DNA from: a bacterium
Lineage (GTDB): Bacteria; Hinthialibacterota; Hinthialibacteria; Hinthialibacterales; Hinthialibacteraceae
Length of the DNA stretch: 64,000 nucleotides
Assembly: GCA_963662285.2 (NCBI GenBank)
Contig: CAXXMV010000002.1
Coordinates: 1,440,001-1,504,000, forward strand
Reading direction: 5' to 3'
Shown piece by piece: positions 47,832 to 57,654 of the stretch. Each line of letters begins with the position of its first letter. Position 1 is the stretch's first letter. The translations under genes were made by a program, and so were the position numbers. The notes under the pieces were generated by a model. The model did not search any database. It had not been told where the DNA came from and worked only from the letters and a program-made list of their open reading frames with translations.

Positions 47832-48492
47832 CGGGAGAGGGTTAGGGGGACATTCAAATAACTTAAGTTAATAACATTACTGGGCGCCAAGGGACTGGGT
47901 GCCAAGGGCAAGACCGCATTGCGGTCAGCCCTTGATCAAGCCACTAACGATAAGGTGAGATTACTTAACTTAATGATATTTCCTTCATGGGCGCGGGTGC
48001 CAAGGGCAGTGTCCTTTCTGCCCTTGACGGCAACTATAGAGAAACTGAATAATTTCTATAATTATTTATCTTTTTTTATATAATTATTGACATATGGTTC
48101 CAACTACCACAACTTTAAAGCTAATCATAATTCTCTTTATTCAGTGAAACCGTGATTAAATTATCGAAATATAAGGGGTAAACTCAATCAAGGGCAGAAA
48201 ATACACTGCCCTTGGCGCCCGTGCAATACCTCTGATTCTTAAATGGACAATTTAATCAAGTTAACCGAGTTGTCCCCTCTCCCGCCGGGAGAGGGTTAGG
48301 GTGAGGGGGACATTCAAATAACTTAAGTTAATAACATTAATAACATTACTGGGCGCCAAGGGCAAGACCGCAATGCGGTCAGCCCTTGATCAAGCCACTA
48401 ACGATAAGGCGAAAATTACTTAACTTAATGATATTTCCTTCATGGGCGCTCTGTTTGATGCAATCACCTTCGATTATCAAATCCCCATCGCA

Positions 48493-49164
48493 TCAATTAT
48501 TGCGCGGCGACGGTATCGCATCTAAAAGTTCTTCTTTTTTAATCCGTGGAGCAACCATCCCGCTGGAGATTATCATCTTCATGGCGTTTTCCACTGATAT
48601 ATCAACTGGAATAACTTCTCTTTCCGGAACAATCAGAAAAATACCCGATGTCGGATTGGGCGTTGTAGCGATGAAAAGATAAACCATGCCCTTCTCAACA
48701 AGAGGTTCAATCAAACCTTCATCACGAGCAGTAATAAACGCCAGTGAATACAAACCCATTCGTGGATATTCGATAAGTACCACTCTCTCGAATATTCCCT
48801 TGCGTCGGCCCATCAAAGTCTCGGTGACTTGTTTTAGACCATGATACAGGTTAGAGACGCCTGGAATCTGTAAAAATACATTATCCACCAGGCCTAAAAT
48901 CTTTCTGCCTAAGTAAAGCTGAGTCAGAAATCCAACAAAGATTATCAACGTCACCGTCAATAAAAAACCTACGCCAAACTCAGGCGCATTAAAATCAATT
49001 GATAAATGCTGTTTTAAAAAAGCATGAAACTCATATTTTTCAGCTAACAGACTATACCAGGAATCAAATAGGTTAAAAATACCCCATATAATCCATATAG
49101 TGACGCCAATTGGAACAACTACAAGTAATCCGGAAAAAAAATAATTCCTTAATCTTCGTAACAT
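48493..49164 (-). CDS. DUF502 membrane protein
   Basis: FFSGLLVVVPIGVT, VLIEYPR, TTPNPTSG, IISSG. Confidence 0.92.
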   Translation of the reverse strand: MLRRLRNYFFSGLLVVVPIGVTIWIIWGIFNLFDSWYSLLAEKYEFHAFLKQHLSIDFNAPEFGVGFLLTVTLIIFVGFLTQLYLGRKILGLVDNVFLQIPGVSNLYHGLKQVTETLMGRRKGIFERVVLIEYPRMGLYSLAFITARDEGLIEPLVEKGMVYLFIATTPNPTSGIFLIVPEREVIPVDISVENAMKMIISSGMVAPRIKKEELLDAIPSPRNN

Positions 49165-49388
49165 AATCTTTAATTTACCATCCAGTCAGTTTTCTATGGA
49201 TCATGAGATGCATCTGCCGCAATTTCATCGATAATCCAAGAGTAATTTTTTAAATCCAGGAGCCCCGCCTATACCTATCTCAGGCAAAACTAATCCAAAT
49301 AGCATGATATACGTTTTCTTGAATCATCTAAGTTATTAGATATCAGATGCTTCATAAAAAAAAGACTTGAATGATTATCCCCGAATAA

Positions 49389-50747
49389 CTAAATATTATT
49401 ACTGGATATTTCTGTTGAGGATGAACTATCCGGGTTATTTTCATCCACCAAATGTTCAATGTGCACCCGATTAATCCGGCGTTCATCTGCTTCTAATACC
49501 GTAAATCTATATCCTTCAAATTCAACCGATTCTTTGGCTGTCGGGACATCTCCAAACAAACTGAACAGGAAACCTCCCAGTGTCTCAACATCATCTTCGT
49601 GAAAATTAACCTCTAGAATTTCAACCAACTCATTCAGGTTGATTTTGGCTTCAGCAATTATTGAACCATCCTTTTGACGTTCATAATCTGGAGATTCTTC
49701 ATCATATTCGTCCTGAATATCGCCTACAATCTCTTCTATCACATCTTCTATGGTTACCAGTCCGGCTGTCATGCCATATTCATCCACCACTATAGCCAGA
49801 TGGGTTTTCTCTTTTTTGAAGGTTTGTAAAAGATCAATTACTCTCTTGCTGCGAGGCACAAAAAGCGCGGGACGCAGCATACGCTTCAAGTCAAATTCCT
49901 CCCCGCCATTCTTCTCCATCAACAGGTCTTTGACATATAACATGCCAATTATCTTATCCGGCTCATCTTCGTAAACCGGTATGCGGGAATGTCCTTTACT
50001 CAAAGCTTCCTTGCGCACTTCCTCCAGAGTCAGGTTGCATGGAATAACCTGGAAATCCACCCGCGGCGTCAGAATTTCTTTTACCAGCGTATCGCCGAAA
50101 TCAATGATGCTGTGGATCATTTCCCGTTCCTCCTCCTCCAGGACGCCCTCTTTTTCACTCAACTCTATCAGAGAACGAACGTCATTTTCCGTCAACAGAG
50201 GAACATCTTTAATCTTGGGACCGCCCATCAACCGGATAAACAAATTAGATATAAAGACGAACATTCCAATCAATGGCCGCAAACATCGATACATCCAGTC
50301 CAAGGGGCCAATTACCAACTGCGAGATTCTCACCGCATGCTCTTTGCAATATGTTTTTGGTACAATCTCTCCAAAAACCAGCAACATAAAAGTGGTCACC
50401 GCCACTGCAACAGCCGAACCAAACGCATAAGCATTGGATATCTTAAACCATTGAATCAAAATCGTTTCACAGATATGCGCCGCCAGAACCGATGCCAGGG
50501 TATTGACGAAATTGTTACCGATTAAGAGCGTCGCTAAATACTGATTGGGTTTTTTTAACCATAATTCTAATTTGGCGTAACCTTCTTCATTCTCTCCGAA
50601 GAGACGTTTGATACGCAATTTGGTCATGGATGTTAATGCAGTTTCCGATCCAGAGAACATTGCCGATAAAAATAAGCATATCGCAAAGGCCAGCAACTGA
50701 AACATAAAGAATGAATCTGCTAAAGAACTATTGATTTCGGGTTCCAT
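49389..50747 (-). CDS. CNNM/CorC (TlyC-like) protein: DUF21, CBS pair, CorC domain
   Basis: FSGSETAL, FGEIVPK, HSRIPVY, VVDEYG, TIEDVIEEIVGDIQDEYD. Confidence 0.95.
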   Translation of the reverse strand: MEPEINSSLADSFFMFQLLAFAICLFLSAMFSGSETALTSMTKLRIKRLFGENEEGYAKLELWLKKPNQYLATLLIGNNFVNTLASVLAAHICETILIQWFKISNAYAFGSAVAVAVTTFMLLVFGEIVPKTYCKEHAVRISQLVIGPLDWMYRCLRPLIGMFVFISNLFIRLMGGPKIKDVPLLTENDVRSLIELSEKEGVLEEEEREMIHSIIDFGDTLVKEILTPRVDFQVIPCNLTLEEVRKEALSKGHSRIPVYEDEPDKIIGMLYVKDLLMEKNGGEEFDLKRMLRPALFVPRSKRVIDLLQTFKKEKTHLAIVVDEYGMTAGLVTIEDVIEEIVGDIQDEYDEESPDYERQKDGSIIAEAKINLNELVEILEVNFHEDDVETLGGFLFSLFGDVPTAKESVEFEGYRFTVLEADERRINRVHIEHLVDENNPDSSSSTEISSNNI

Positions 50748-50766
50748 TATTTATTTTGACGCATTG

Positions 50767-51342
50767 TCATACGTCAGTCTTTTCTCCCTTCAAAGTAGGG
50801 TGATTCGTAGGAATAAGCCCCTTGGGTACTATTAAAGAGCCATTACGTTTAAGCTCATTTCTTAAAACTTTTTCTGTTTCATGCCACTCTTGGCTGCCTT
50901 CACCATCATGTTCATAGCCTAGTAAATGAATAAAACCATGGAAAAGCAGCTCATTGATCTCGTCAGTCAGGCTATGACCATAGGTCTCAGCTTGACTTTG
51001 GGCTGTATCTATTGATATCACTATATCACCCAAGGCATATATCTGCCCGACCGGGTCGCCTTCTCTCAAAGAAAATGACAGTACATCCGTCGGTTTATCG
51101 CACCCGCGATATTGTTGATTCAATTCCTGTATAGCATGATCGCTTATTAAAGAAATTGATAGTTCGGCTTCTTGTTCTCCCGCAGCCTGGAGAAGGGAAC
51201 CGATGAATCGCCGATGCGCTGGCAAATCAATCGCGTATTGGCTTTCTGAAACATCAAAATACACCTTTCCCGTTTCTATTTCAGGATCAGTTGATTCTCT
51301 TGTTTCAAGATCAGGTATTTCCTCAGAATTATACTTATTCAT
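50767..51342 (-). CDS. ybeY: rRNA maturation endoribonuclease YbeY
   Basis: LNQQYRG..PTDVLSF, LGDIVIS, HGFIHLLGYEH. Confidence 0.95.
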   Translation of the reverse strand: MNKYNSEEIPDLETRESTDPEIETGKVYFDVSESQYAIDLPAHRRFIGSLLQAAGEQEAELSISLISDHAIQELNQQYRGCDKPTDVLSFSLREGDPVGQIYALGDIVISIDTAQSQAETYGHSLTDEINELLFHGFIHLLGYEHDGEGSQEWHETEKVLRNELKRNGSLIVPKGLIPTNHPTLKGEKTDV

Positions 51343-51353
51343 TTTAAGGCGTA

Positions 51354-53885
51354 TTACCCCTCCTTAAAAGCAACAGGTTTCTTTTCTGGTTGATCCAGTT
51401 CTTCATTTACCTGATTAGTATCAATGCCCATTGTTTTTGAATTTGATTTATCTGTTTCATTTTTCTTGCCTTGCGGCGCGACCTTGTCTATCTCCTTGTC
51501 GCGTTGACTCGGCGCAGATGGATAGGCGATGCGTTGATGCTGCATTGAAATAATAGATTCAGAAAAAGACAGGAATAGTGTATGTAAATCCTTAAGCGTC
51601 AGGTTGCATTCATCGAACTGCTCATCCATAAATCTTTCGTTGATCATTTTGCGCACTAATTGCCGCACATCTCGTTCATTGCCGCTCTCCAGCATTCGAG
51701 AAGCGGCCTCCACCGCATCCGACAGCATGGCGATAGCGGTTTCCTTACTCTGCGGTTTGGGACCGGGATAGCGGAAATCTGATTCTTTTATGTTTTCAGA
51801 GCCTTCTTCTTCTAATGCCTTATGATAAAAATAATTCATCAACGTAGTGCCATGATGTTCAGGGATAAAATCAAGAATCACTTTAGGTAATTTATTCTTA
51901 ATCCCCAACTCTAACCCATGCTTGACATGACTGCGAATCAGGAAGCAACTCATATTAGTCGTCAATTTGGAATGCTTGGCTTTATCAGCGTTGGTCTGTT
52001 GGTTCTCGACAAAATACTGCGCCTTCATTATCTTTCCGATATCATGATAATAACAGCCCACCCGCGTCAGTAAGGCATTGGCGCCAATCGCTTCTGCGGC
52101 TGTTTCAGCAATAGTCGCCACCCGCATCGAATGCTGGTAAGAACCGGGCGCTTCTTGTTCCAGACGTTGCAGCAACTCATTTTTCTGACTCAACTCCAGC
52201 AGTTTCATATCGGTTACAACGCCATAGAAATCCTCGAATATGGGCAGTAAAGCCATCGAGAAAATTGAGATCAAACCGCCGTTTACGCCTCCCCAGATCA
52301 ATGACCATTTCAACTCTTCCGCTTGCAAAAGCAACTGTTCAAAATTCTTGAACTGATTTAAAGATAATGCCAAAATCAACACGCAGGCCAGAATCATGGC
52401 CAGACCCCCGGCTCGATACAAATCGCTGCGCTGGCGGATGCGCGCTACTGCATAAATTGATGCGCAAGAGGTTATAAAAACAACCAGTATATAGGGCAAC
52501 GCCAGTTGATGGTTCGCGCCGCTGAATATAATCCCCATATAAATTGAACACAATGCGCAGCAGAATAACGCCATACGCGACGTAATCAACAGGGTCAGAA
52601 TAACGCCTAACGCCCCTAGGGGAACCGCATACGCCACATGCGATAACTTATGGTTCCCTTGATCAAGCAGTGAGATATGCATGGCGATGCGCGACAGAGC
52701 GAAGATCAACAACACGCACAATAAGATTACCGCTGTCTTGCGTAAATCATGCGCCACCTCTGGTTGGTAGGCTTCCAAATACTTCAATATCATCAGCACA
52801 AACAACAGCGATAGTACCAAATATCCTATCTCGGCCAGGAAAGATATGCGCATCCGGCTTTGCAATTCATTTAGTTTTTGCAGATGATTGTCGGTCAGCA
52901 GTTCATTTTTTCCGATAATGGAATCTTCTTTATATACTTGAACGATAACCGGAGAGACTTCTTTACGTACCTCTTCTTTTTTCTTCTCGGTCTTAACTTT
53001 ATCGTATATCAGCGTTGGTCCTGAATAAGCGGTCTCCACTATGGCCAGGGCAAGTTGCCGCGCCGACTTGTCTTTTACCGGATCAGGGAAATCGATGCTC
53101 AACAGTTGATTGAAATACTCAAAGAAACGCATTGGCGTTCTAATCTCTTGAACCGGAGCGGCATACTCCATCCCATCTGACGATACTAAAGTTACCGGAA
53201 TTGCTATCAGTGAGACCGGTTTGCCATCATCACCGCGCAGATTCAACGGCGTCACATCTTCAGCTATGCCTCGACCCACTGATGCTTTGATATTTTTATC
53301 TATGGATTTCCATAGACTTTCATATTCGCGATAATAAATCAGACTTTCATAAATCGATTTTGGAATAGTTTGAGTCGAAGAATCATTCTCTGTGGTTTCC
53401 TGGCTGACATCCTCAAAAATAATATTATCCAACGGGAAATCCGCTTTTTGCAAAACGGACTGAACCCACTCTTCAGGATTTTCGCCCTCTTTTAGTGGAT
53501 TTTTGTGAACCGTATCGGTTAACTGGCTGATTTTCGCCTGCATCTTTTGCAGATTTTCCGGTTTCAATATGTATATAGGAGAAACCAGCGCTTCGGCTTT
53601 TTGCTGTTTTTGCTGAGTGGTTATCTTGTCAACGAATGTAAATTCAAACGGCGCCGTAACTCCCCTCGGCGAGAATTGCCCCACTGCAAAACCTCTTATG
53701 TCCAAAGCCGCCAGGGGACGAATCAAAAAATCGATGGCTGCTATTGAAATTATTATTAGAAGGTAATAGGCGAGATACGGTCGTAATGCTATAAGAGACT
53801 TATGCACCCGTCGCCATAGCGAAGAACTCTGATTATTAGAGGTATTACTGCGTTTTTTATCTGAACTGAGCGCTAAATTATTCAT
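51354..53885 (-). CDS. 7TM-HDIG phosphohydrolase (PgpH-like, possible c-di-AMP phosphodiesterase)
   Basis: 7TM region, APGSYQHS, YYHDIGK, EHHGTT, FRYPGPKP; conserved position between phoH and ybeY. Confidence 0.92.
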   Translation of the reverse strand: MNNLALSSDKKRSNTSNNQSSSLWRRVHKSLIALRPYLAYYLLIIISIAAIDFLIRPLAALDIRGFAVGQFSPRGVTAPFEFTFVDKITTQQKQQKAEALVSPIYILKPENLQKMQAKISQLTDTVHKNPLKEGENPEEWVQSVLQKADFPLDNIIFEDVSQETTENDSSTQTIPKSIYESLIYYREYESLWKSIDKNIKASVGRGIAEDVTPLNLRGDDGKPVSLIAIPVTLVSSDGMEYAAPVQEIRTPMRFFEYFNQLLSIDFPDPVKDKSARQLALAIVETAYSGPTLIYDKVKTEKKKEEVRKEVSPVIVQVYKEDSIIGKNELLTDNHLQKLNELQSRMRISFLAEIGYLVLSLLFVLMILKYLEAYQPEVAHDLRKTAVILLCVLLIFALSRIAMHISLLDQGNHKLSHVAYAVPLGALGVILTLLITSRMALFCCALCSIYMGIIFSGANHQLALPYILVVFITSCASIYAVARIRQRSDLYRAGGLAMILACVLILALSLNQFKNFEQLLLQAEELKWSLIWGGVNGGLISIFSMALLPIFEDFYGVVTDMKLLELSQKNELLQRLEQEAPGSYQHSMRVATIAETAAEAIGANALLTRVGCYYHDIGKIMKAQYFVENQQTNADKAKHSKLTTNMSCFLIRSHVKHGLELGIKNKLPKVILDFIPEHHGTTLMNYFYHKALEEEGSENIKESDFRYPGPKPQSKETAIAMLSDAVEAASRMLESGNERDVRQLVRKMINERFMDEQFDECNLTLKDLHTLFLSFSESIISMQHQRIAYPSAPSQRDKEIDKVAPQGKKNETDKSNSKTMGIDTNQVNEELDQPEKKPVAFKEG

Positions 53886-53893
53886 CGTTTCTA

Positions 53894-54964
53894 CTAAGAT
53901 TTATCCCCCTCTGATTCTGATGAATCCTGAGTGGTTTTATTGGCTTCACGCAGCATGGATTGCGTATCAAGATTATTCTCTTCATAAGCAGCAACGATTT
54001 TTCGCACTAACGGATGCCTTACGATATCATTTTTATTCATATGCACGAAACCGATGCCTTCTATCTCTTTCAATATATTGCATGCTTCTATCAATCCGCT
54101 TTCACGTCCTATGGGCAAATCAATTTGTGTTATATCTCCGGTAATCACCGCTTTGCTGTCTATTCCTATACGGGTTAAAAACATCTTCATCTGTTCTTTG
54201 GTGGTGTTCTGGGCTTCATCCAAAATCACAAATGAGTTATTCAATGTCCGCCCCCGCATATACGCCAACGGCGCAATCTCTACTACCCTCTGGGCAATAT
54301 AACGCTGCACCAGATCAGGATGAAGCATATCATATAATCCGTCATACAATGGACGTAGAAAAGGATCAACTTTGGCTTGTAAATCGCCCGGTAAAAATCC
54401 CAACGACTCCCCGGCTTCTACCGCTGGACGGGCTAGAATAATGCGTCGCACCCGCTTGGTCTGCAAAGCGGATACTGCCGTGGCTACAGCAAGATAGGTC
54501 TTTCCCGTTCCCGCAGGACCAATCCCGAATACTATATCATTTTTTGCGATGGCATTGATATACTTCCTCTGACCTGGAGTCTTGGATTTTATCATCCCCT
54601 TTCGGGAACGCAGAGGCATTGTGACTGGAGTAAACTCTTCAATCCTGGGGGGCGCCGATTCCTCTTCCAGCGATGCCGCCAAATATTCCACGTCACGCGT
54701 GGTTATTATCTCCCCGTTTCTATATAACTTCAGCATCTCTTCAAAAATACTGATTACCTGATTCACTTCCCTGGTTCGACCGGAAACTTTTATGGTTTCG
54801 CCGCGGGCGACTATACGGGCGCCGAAATGCTCTCTCAGGATGCGTAAATTCTCATCTTTTATTCCGAATAGATTCTGACTCTCGCCAGAATCGACTAGTT
54901 GTATAGTTTTTTGAATATTCTGCGCCGCAATATTTACTTGAATAGCCACAATAAGTAAGTACAA
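53894..54964 (-). CDS. phoH: PhoH-family ATPase (YbeZ-like); exact start uncertain
   Basis: GPAGTGKTYLA, RPAVEAGESLGFLPGD, YMRGRTL, LDEAQN, GDITQIDL, VRHPLV. Confidence 0.95.
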   Translation of the reverse strand: MYLLIVAIQVNIAAQNIQKTIQLVDSGESQNLFGIKDENLRILREHFGARIVARGETIKVSGRTREVNQVISIFEEMLKLYRNGEIITTRDVEYLAASLEEESAPPRIEEFTPVTMPLRSRKGMIKSKTPGQRKYINAIAKNDIVFGIGPAGTGKTYLAVATAVSALQTKRVRRIILARPAVEAGESLGFLPGDLQAKVDPFLRPLYDGLYDMLHPDLVQRYIAQRVVEIAPLAYMRGRTLNNSFVILDEAQNTTKEQMKMFLTRIGIDSKAVITGDITQIDLPIGRESGLIEACNILKEIEGIGFVHMNKNDIVRHPLVRKIVAAYEENNLDTQSMLREANKTTQDSSESEGDKS

Positions 54965-55592
54965 ACCTCCTGAAAGGATGATTTATCGATAGACCATGTC
55001 TCTGAATGTAAATTCTTCACGTTTGGATATATTGATTGGGATTTATCGAATAATGAAAGTATTAAATTAGATGGTTCATGATTTGATTTTGAATATTGAT
55101 TACGAGCACAACCATACGTTTGAACTCTTCTTTGTGAAAAGCGTCCCGTTGGTTCATTTGTATATTTTGCTACGGTAAGACTCTCTCCCATCATTCTCTG
55201 ACTAGATGGAGGGTGCCCGTCCGTTTCACTCGTGTTCTCATTCATCAATCAAAGTCTACCAATCCCTATCGCTTATGTCAATAAAGGATTTACTCAAAAG
55301 TTTTTAATAGCAAGGCTGCTTATCCTAAACCAAACAGCTCAAGGCGATGATTCAACTGACAAGCATTTTATATTTACTGTATAATTAGAGAAGGATTCAC
55401 TCACCATGAATATTCCCTTTTAATAAACGTCTAATTTTTCTAAAGATGTTTGTATAAAATATTTGGATAAAAACATTCTTAATCGCTATAATCAACCAAG
55501 TCCCCTCTCCCGCCGGGATTTACATAAGTAGGGGCAATTCCCTTGTGGTTACCCGATAAATAGAAACATATCTTAATACGAATCAGGAGGCT

Positions 55593-55645
55593 ATGATGAT
55601 GCATATTGGATTTATAGAGTTGCTCTTGGTGATACCGCTTACGCT
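55593..55645 (+). pseudogene. 5' fragment paralog of the 55-aa membrane protein, interrupted by REP-like repeats
   Basis: AGGAGG then MMMHIGFIELLLVIPLT, near-identical to the 55978 ORF up to CTTACGCT, after which the repeat GGGTGCCAAGGG begins at 55646. Confidence 0.6.
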
Positions 55646-55945
55646 GGGTGCCAAGGGCAAGAGCTGGGTGCCAAGGGCAAGAGCGCATTGCGCTCAGCCC
55701 TTGAAAACCACCTACGATAAAAAACCACCTACGCGTAGGGTGGGTCACGCCTCACCGACCCACCGGAAATACTGGGCGTAGGATGGGCTGGGTGCCAAGG
55801 GCAAGAGCGCATTGCGCTCAGCCCTTGAAAACCACCTACGATAAAAAACCACCTACGCGTAGGGTGGATCACGCCTCACCGACCCACCGGAAATACTGGG
55901 CGTAGGATGGGCTAAAAGCGAAAGCGTAGCCCACCAAAAACCACC
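55646..55945. repeat. REP-like cluster, 124-bp unit x2 (CAAGGGC hairpin plus GTAG-type REPs)
   Basis: Units start at 55666 and 55790; contain GTAGGGTGGGTCACGCCTCACCGACCCACC and GTAGGATGGGCTA..TAGCCCACC. Confidence 0.88.
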
Positions 55946-55977
55946 TTTATTATTAATAATCAGGAGGTTAGATAATC

Positions 55978-56145
55978 ATGATGAATATTGGATTTATAGA
56001 ATTGCTTTTGGTGATACCGCTTACGCTTATTACATTAGCAATCCCGGTCTTCATTCTTTACTTATTGTTCAGAATTCATTCAAAAAATGTCGATCTAACT
56101 CGTAGAGTTGAGTACCTTGAACAAATGATTAAGAAAAATGATTAG
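55978..56145 (+). CDS. Small 55-aa single-pass membrane protein (not in ORF track)
   Basis: MMNIGFIELLLVIPLTLITLAIPVFILYLLFRIHSKNVDLTRRVEYLEQMIKKND; AGGAGG upstream; TM plus amphipathic tail. Confidence 0.65.
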   Translation: MMNIGFIELLLVIPLTLITLAIPVFILYLLFRIHSKNVDLTRRVEYLEQMIKKND

Positions 56146-56318
56146 TTTTATAATGAAATTATTTATAAAACGTACAATGATACGATGTTACGATAGAATA
56201 TACGCATTTTTTCCTTTTATCCCACTTGGGATTATGGCGTCTTGCATGTAAAGTTTTTTTCTTGACCGCGAATATATAGTCGCGGTTGTCTAAGTACTTA
56301 TTTTTACTGGAGTTCATC

Positions 56319-57389
56319 ATGGAAAAGAAGAGAGCAGCAGTTTTAGGAGCAACAGGAGCAGCAGGACAACAATTCATCGAAGCGCTCAAGGATCACCCCT
56401 GGTTTGAAATTGCGGGTTTATACGCTTCAGAGCGTTCTGAAGGCAAACCTTATGGCGTAGCAGCAAAATGGTTCACTTCGTCGCCATTGCCCGACGATAT
56501 TGCCGCAATTACCGTAGGCAACGTTGAAAAAGCCATTAATGACATTGATAAATACGATATCTTCTTTTCCGCGCTGCCATCGGATGTATCTAAAGTGATG
56601 GAGGGAAACTTCGCTAAATATAAACCTGTTATCAGCACCGCTTCCGGCTATCGCTACGAAGACGATGTCCCCATACTGGTTCCCGAAGTTAACGCAGGAC
56701 ATACTCCTCTTATCGAACGCCAGCAAAAAGAACGCGGCTGGAAAGGCTTCGTAGTTCCCGGTCCCAACTGCACAACAATGGGCTTAATCATCTCACTGAA
56801 GCCCATTTATGAAACATTCGGAGTCAAAAGAGTCTTTATGACATCCATGCAGGCGCTATCCGGCGCCGGATACCCCGGTCATTCCAGTCTCGACATTGTT
56901 GACAACATGATCCCCTTCATAGCTAAAGAAGAGGGTAAAGTTGTTCTGGAAACCATCAAGTCGCTGGGCAAATACAGCAATGGCGCTATCCAAAACGCTG
57001 ATTTTCCAGTCAGTTGCACCTGCACCCGCGTCGCCACCATCGATGGTCACATGCTCTCCATCTTCGTCAATACCGAAAAACCATGCACGCCGGATGATAT
57101 TCGCGCTGTATTCAAAGAGTACAACGATAAATGTCGTAAGGAATTTGGCGAGTTGCCCTCAGCGCCAAAAGACACCATCGTTGTCAAAGAAGAGGAAAAC
57201 CGTCCTCAACCGCGTCTCGACCGCGAAATCGGCGATGGAATGACAACCGTAGTCGGTCGTATCCGTCAGGATGAAGTCTATGGCCAAAACGGAGTTAAAT
57301 ACGTCGCTCTGTCACACAACACCAAACGCGGCGCCGCCAAAGGCGAAATGCTAGTCGCCGAATACCTCATCAAACAAGGTTACTTCTAG
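56319..57389 (+). CDS. asd: Aspartate-semialdehyde dehydrogenase, archaeal/eukaryotic-type clade
   Basis: LGATGAAGQ, HPWFE, PNCTT, QALSGAGYPG, RPQPRLDR, HNTKRGAA; start placed at ATG of MEKKR behind GGAG. Confidence 0.95.
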   Translation: MEKKRAAVLGATGAAGQQFIEALKDHPWFEIAGLYASERSEGKPYGVAAKWFTSSPLPDDIAAITVGNVEKAINDIDKYDIFFSALPSDVSKVMEGNFAKYKPVISTASGYRYEDDVPILVPEVNAGHTPLIERQQKERGWKGFVVPGPNCTTMGLIISLKPIYETFGVKRVFMTSMQALSGAGYPGHSSLDIVDNMIPFIAKEEGKVVLETIKSLGKYSNGAIQNADFPVSCTCTRVATIDGHMLSIFVNTEKPCTPDDIRAVFKEYNDKCRKEFGELPSAPKDTIVVKEEENRPQPRLDREIGDGMTTVVGRIRQDEVYGQNGVKYVALSHNTKRGAAKGEMLVAEYLIKQGYF

Positions 57390-57500
57390 CAGGTTGGGTG
57401 GGCTAACAAAAAGTAGGGTGGGTCACGCCTCACCGACCCACCAAAACCACCTACGCGTAGGGTGGGCTAAAAGCGAAGCGTAGCCCACCAAAACCACCTT
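57390..57500. repeat. GTAG-type REP cluster downstream of asd
   Basis: GTAGGGTGGGTCACGCCTCACCGACCCACC and GTAGGGTGGGCTAAAAGCGAAGCGTAGCCCACC. Confidence 0.85.
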
Positions 57501-57524
57501 AACGAAATCAAAAAACAAACATAA

Positions 57525-57560
57525 CGGCGTACTGGTGAATCCAGTACGCCGCGTTTCTTC
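57525..57560 (+). terminator. Probable intrinsic terminator
   Basis: 11-bp stem CGGCGTACTGG/CCAGTACGCCG followed by CGTTTCTTC. Confidence 0.6.
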
Positions 57561-57654
57561 AGATAGTTCAACAGCCCTTTTCTCTTCTATATTATTATTC
57601 TATAACTTCATTACTGTTTAATGATTATCCTATGAGGTACATCAAGTAATTACT

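Larger units (their letters stand above)
45287..48450. repeat. Composite tandem array (~450-bp period) of IS4-like MITE units alternating with a 226-bp REPIN-like unit, interrupted by IS481
   Basis: 226-bp unit at 45580-45805, 46029-46254, 47995-48220; MITE left ends CAATTTAATCAAGTTAACC at 45346, 45833, 46282, 48248; GTAG-type REP at 45287. Confidence 0.9.

Noticed and set aside
45580-48450. CRISPR array or integron attC cassette array
   Set aside because: Units are identical duplicates with no cassette ORFs, no GTTRRRY core pairs noticed and no integrase in the window
54934-55248. 104-aa ORF upstream of phoH
   Set aside because: No recognisable motif or RBS, overlaps the phoH start region; probably spurious
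55250-55480. Riboswitch (e.g. c-di-AMP) upstream of the phoH-HDIG operon
   Set aside because: No conserved aptamer motif recognised by eye; an Rfam/Infernal scan would be needed
55479-55781. ORFs 55479..55748 and the 3' part of 55593..55781
   Set aside because: Read-through of REP-like repeats; the same peptide strings recur in ORFs at 61039, 61208, 63037 and 63150
55978-56145. Calling the small protein TatA
   Set aside because: Lacks the conserved FG hinge after the TM helix, and no tatC is nearby
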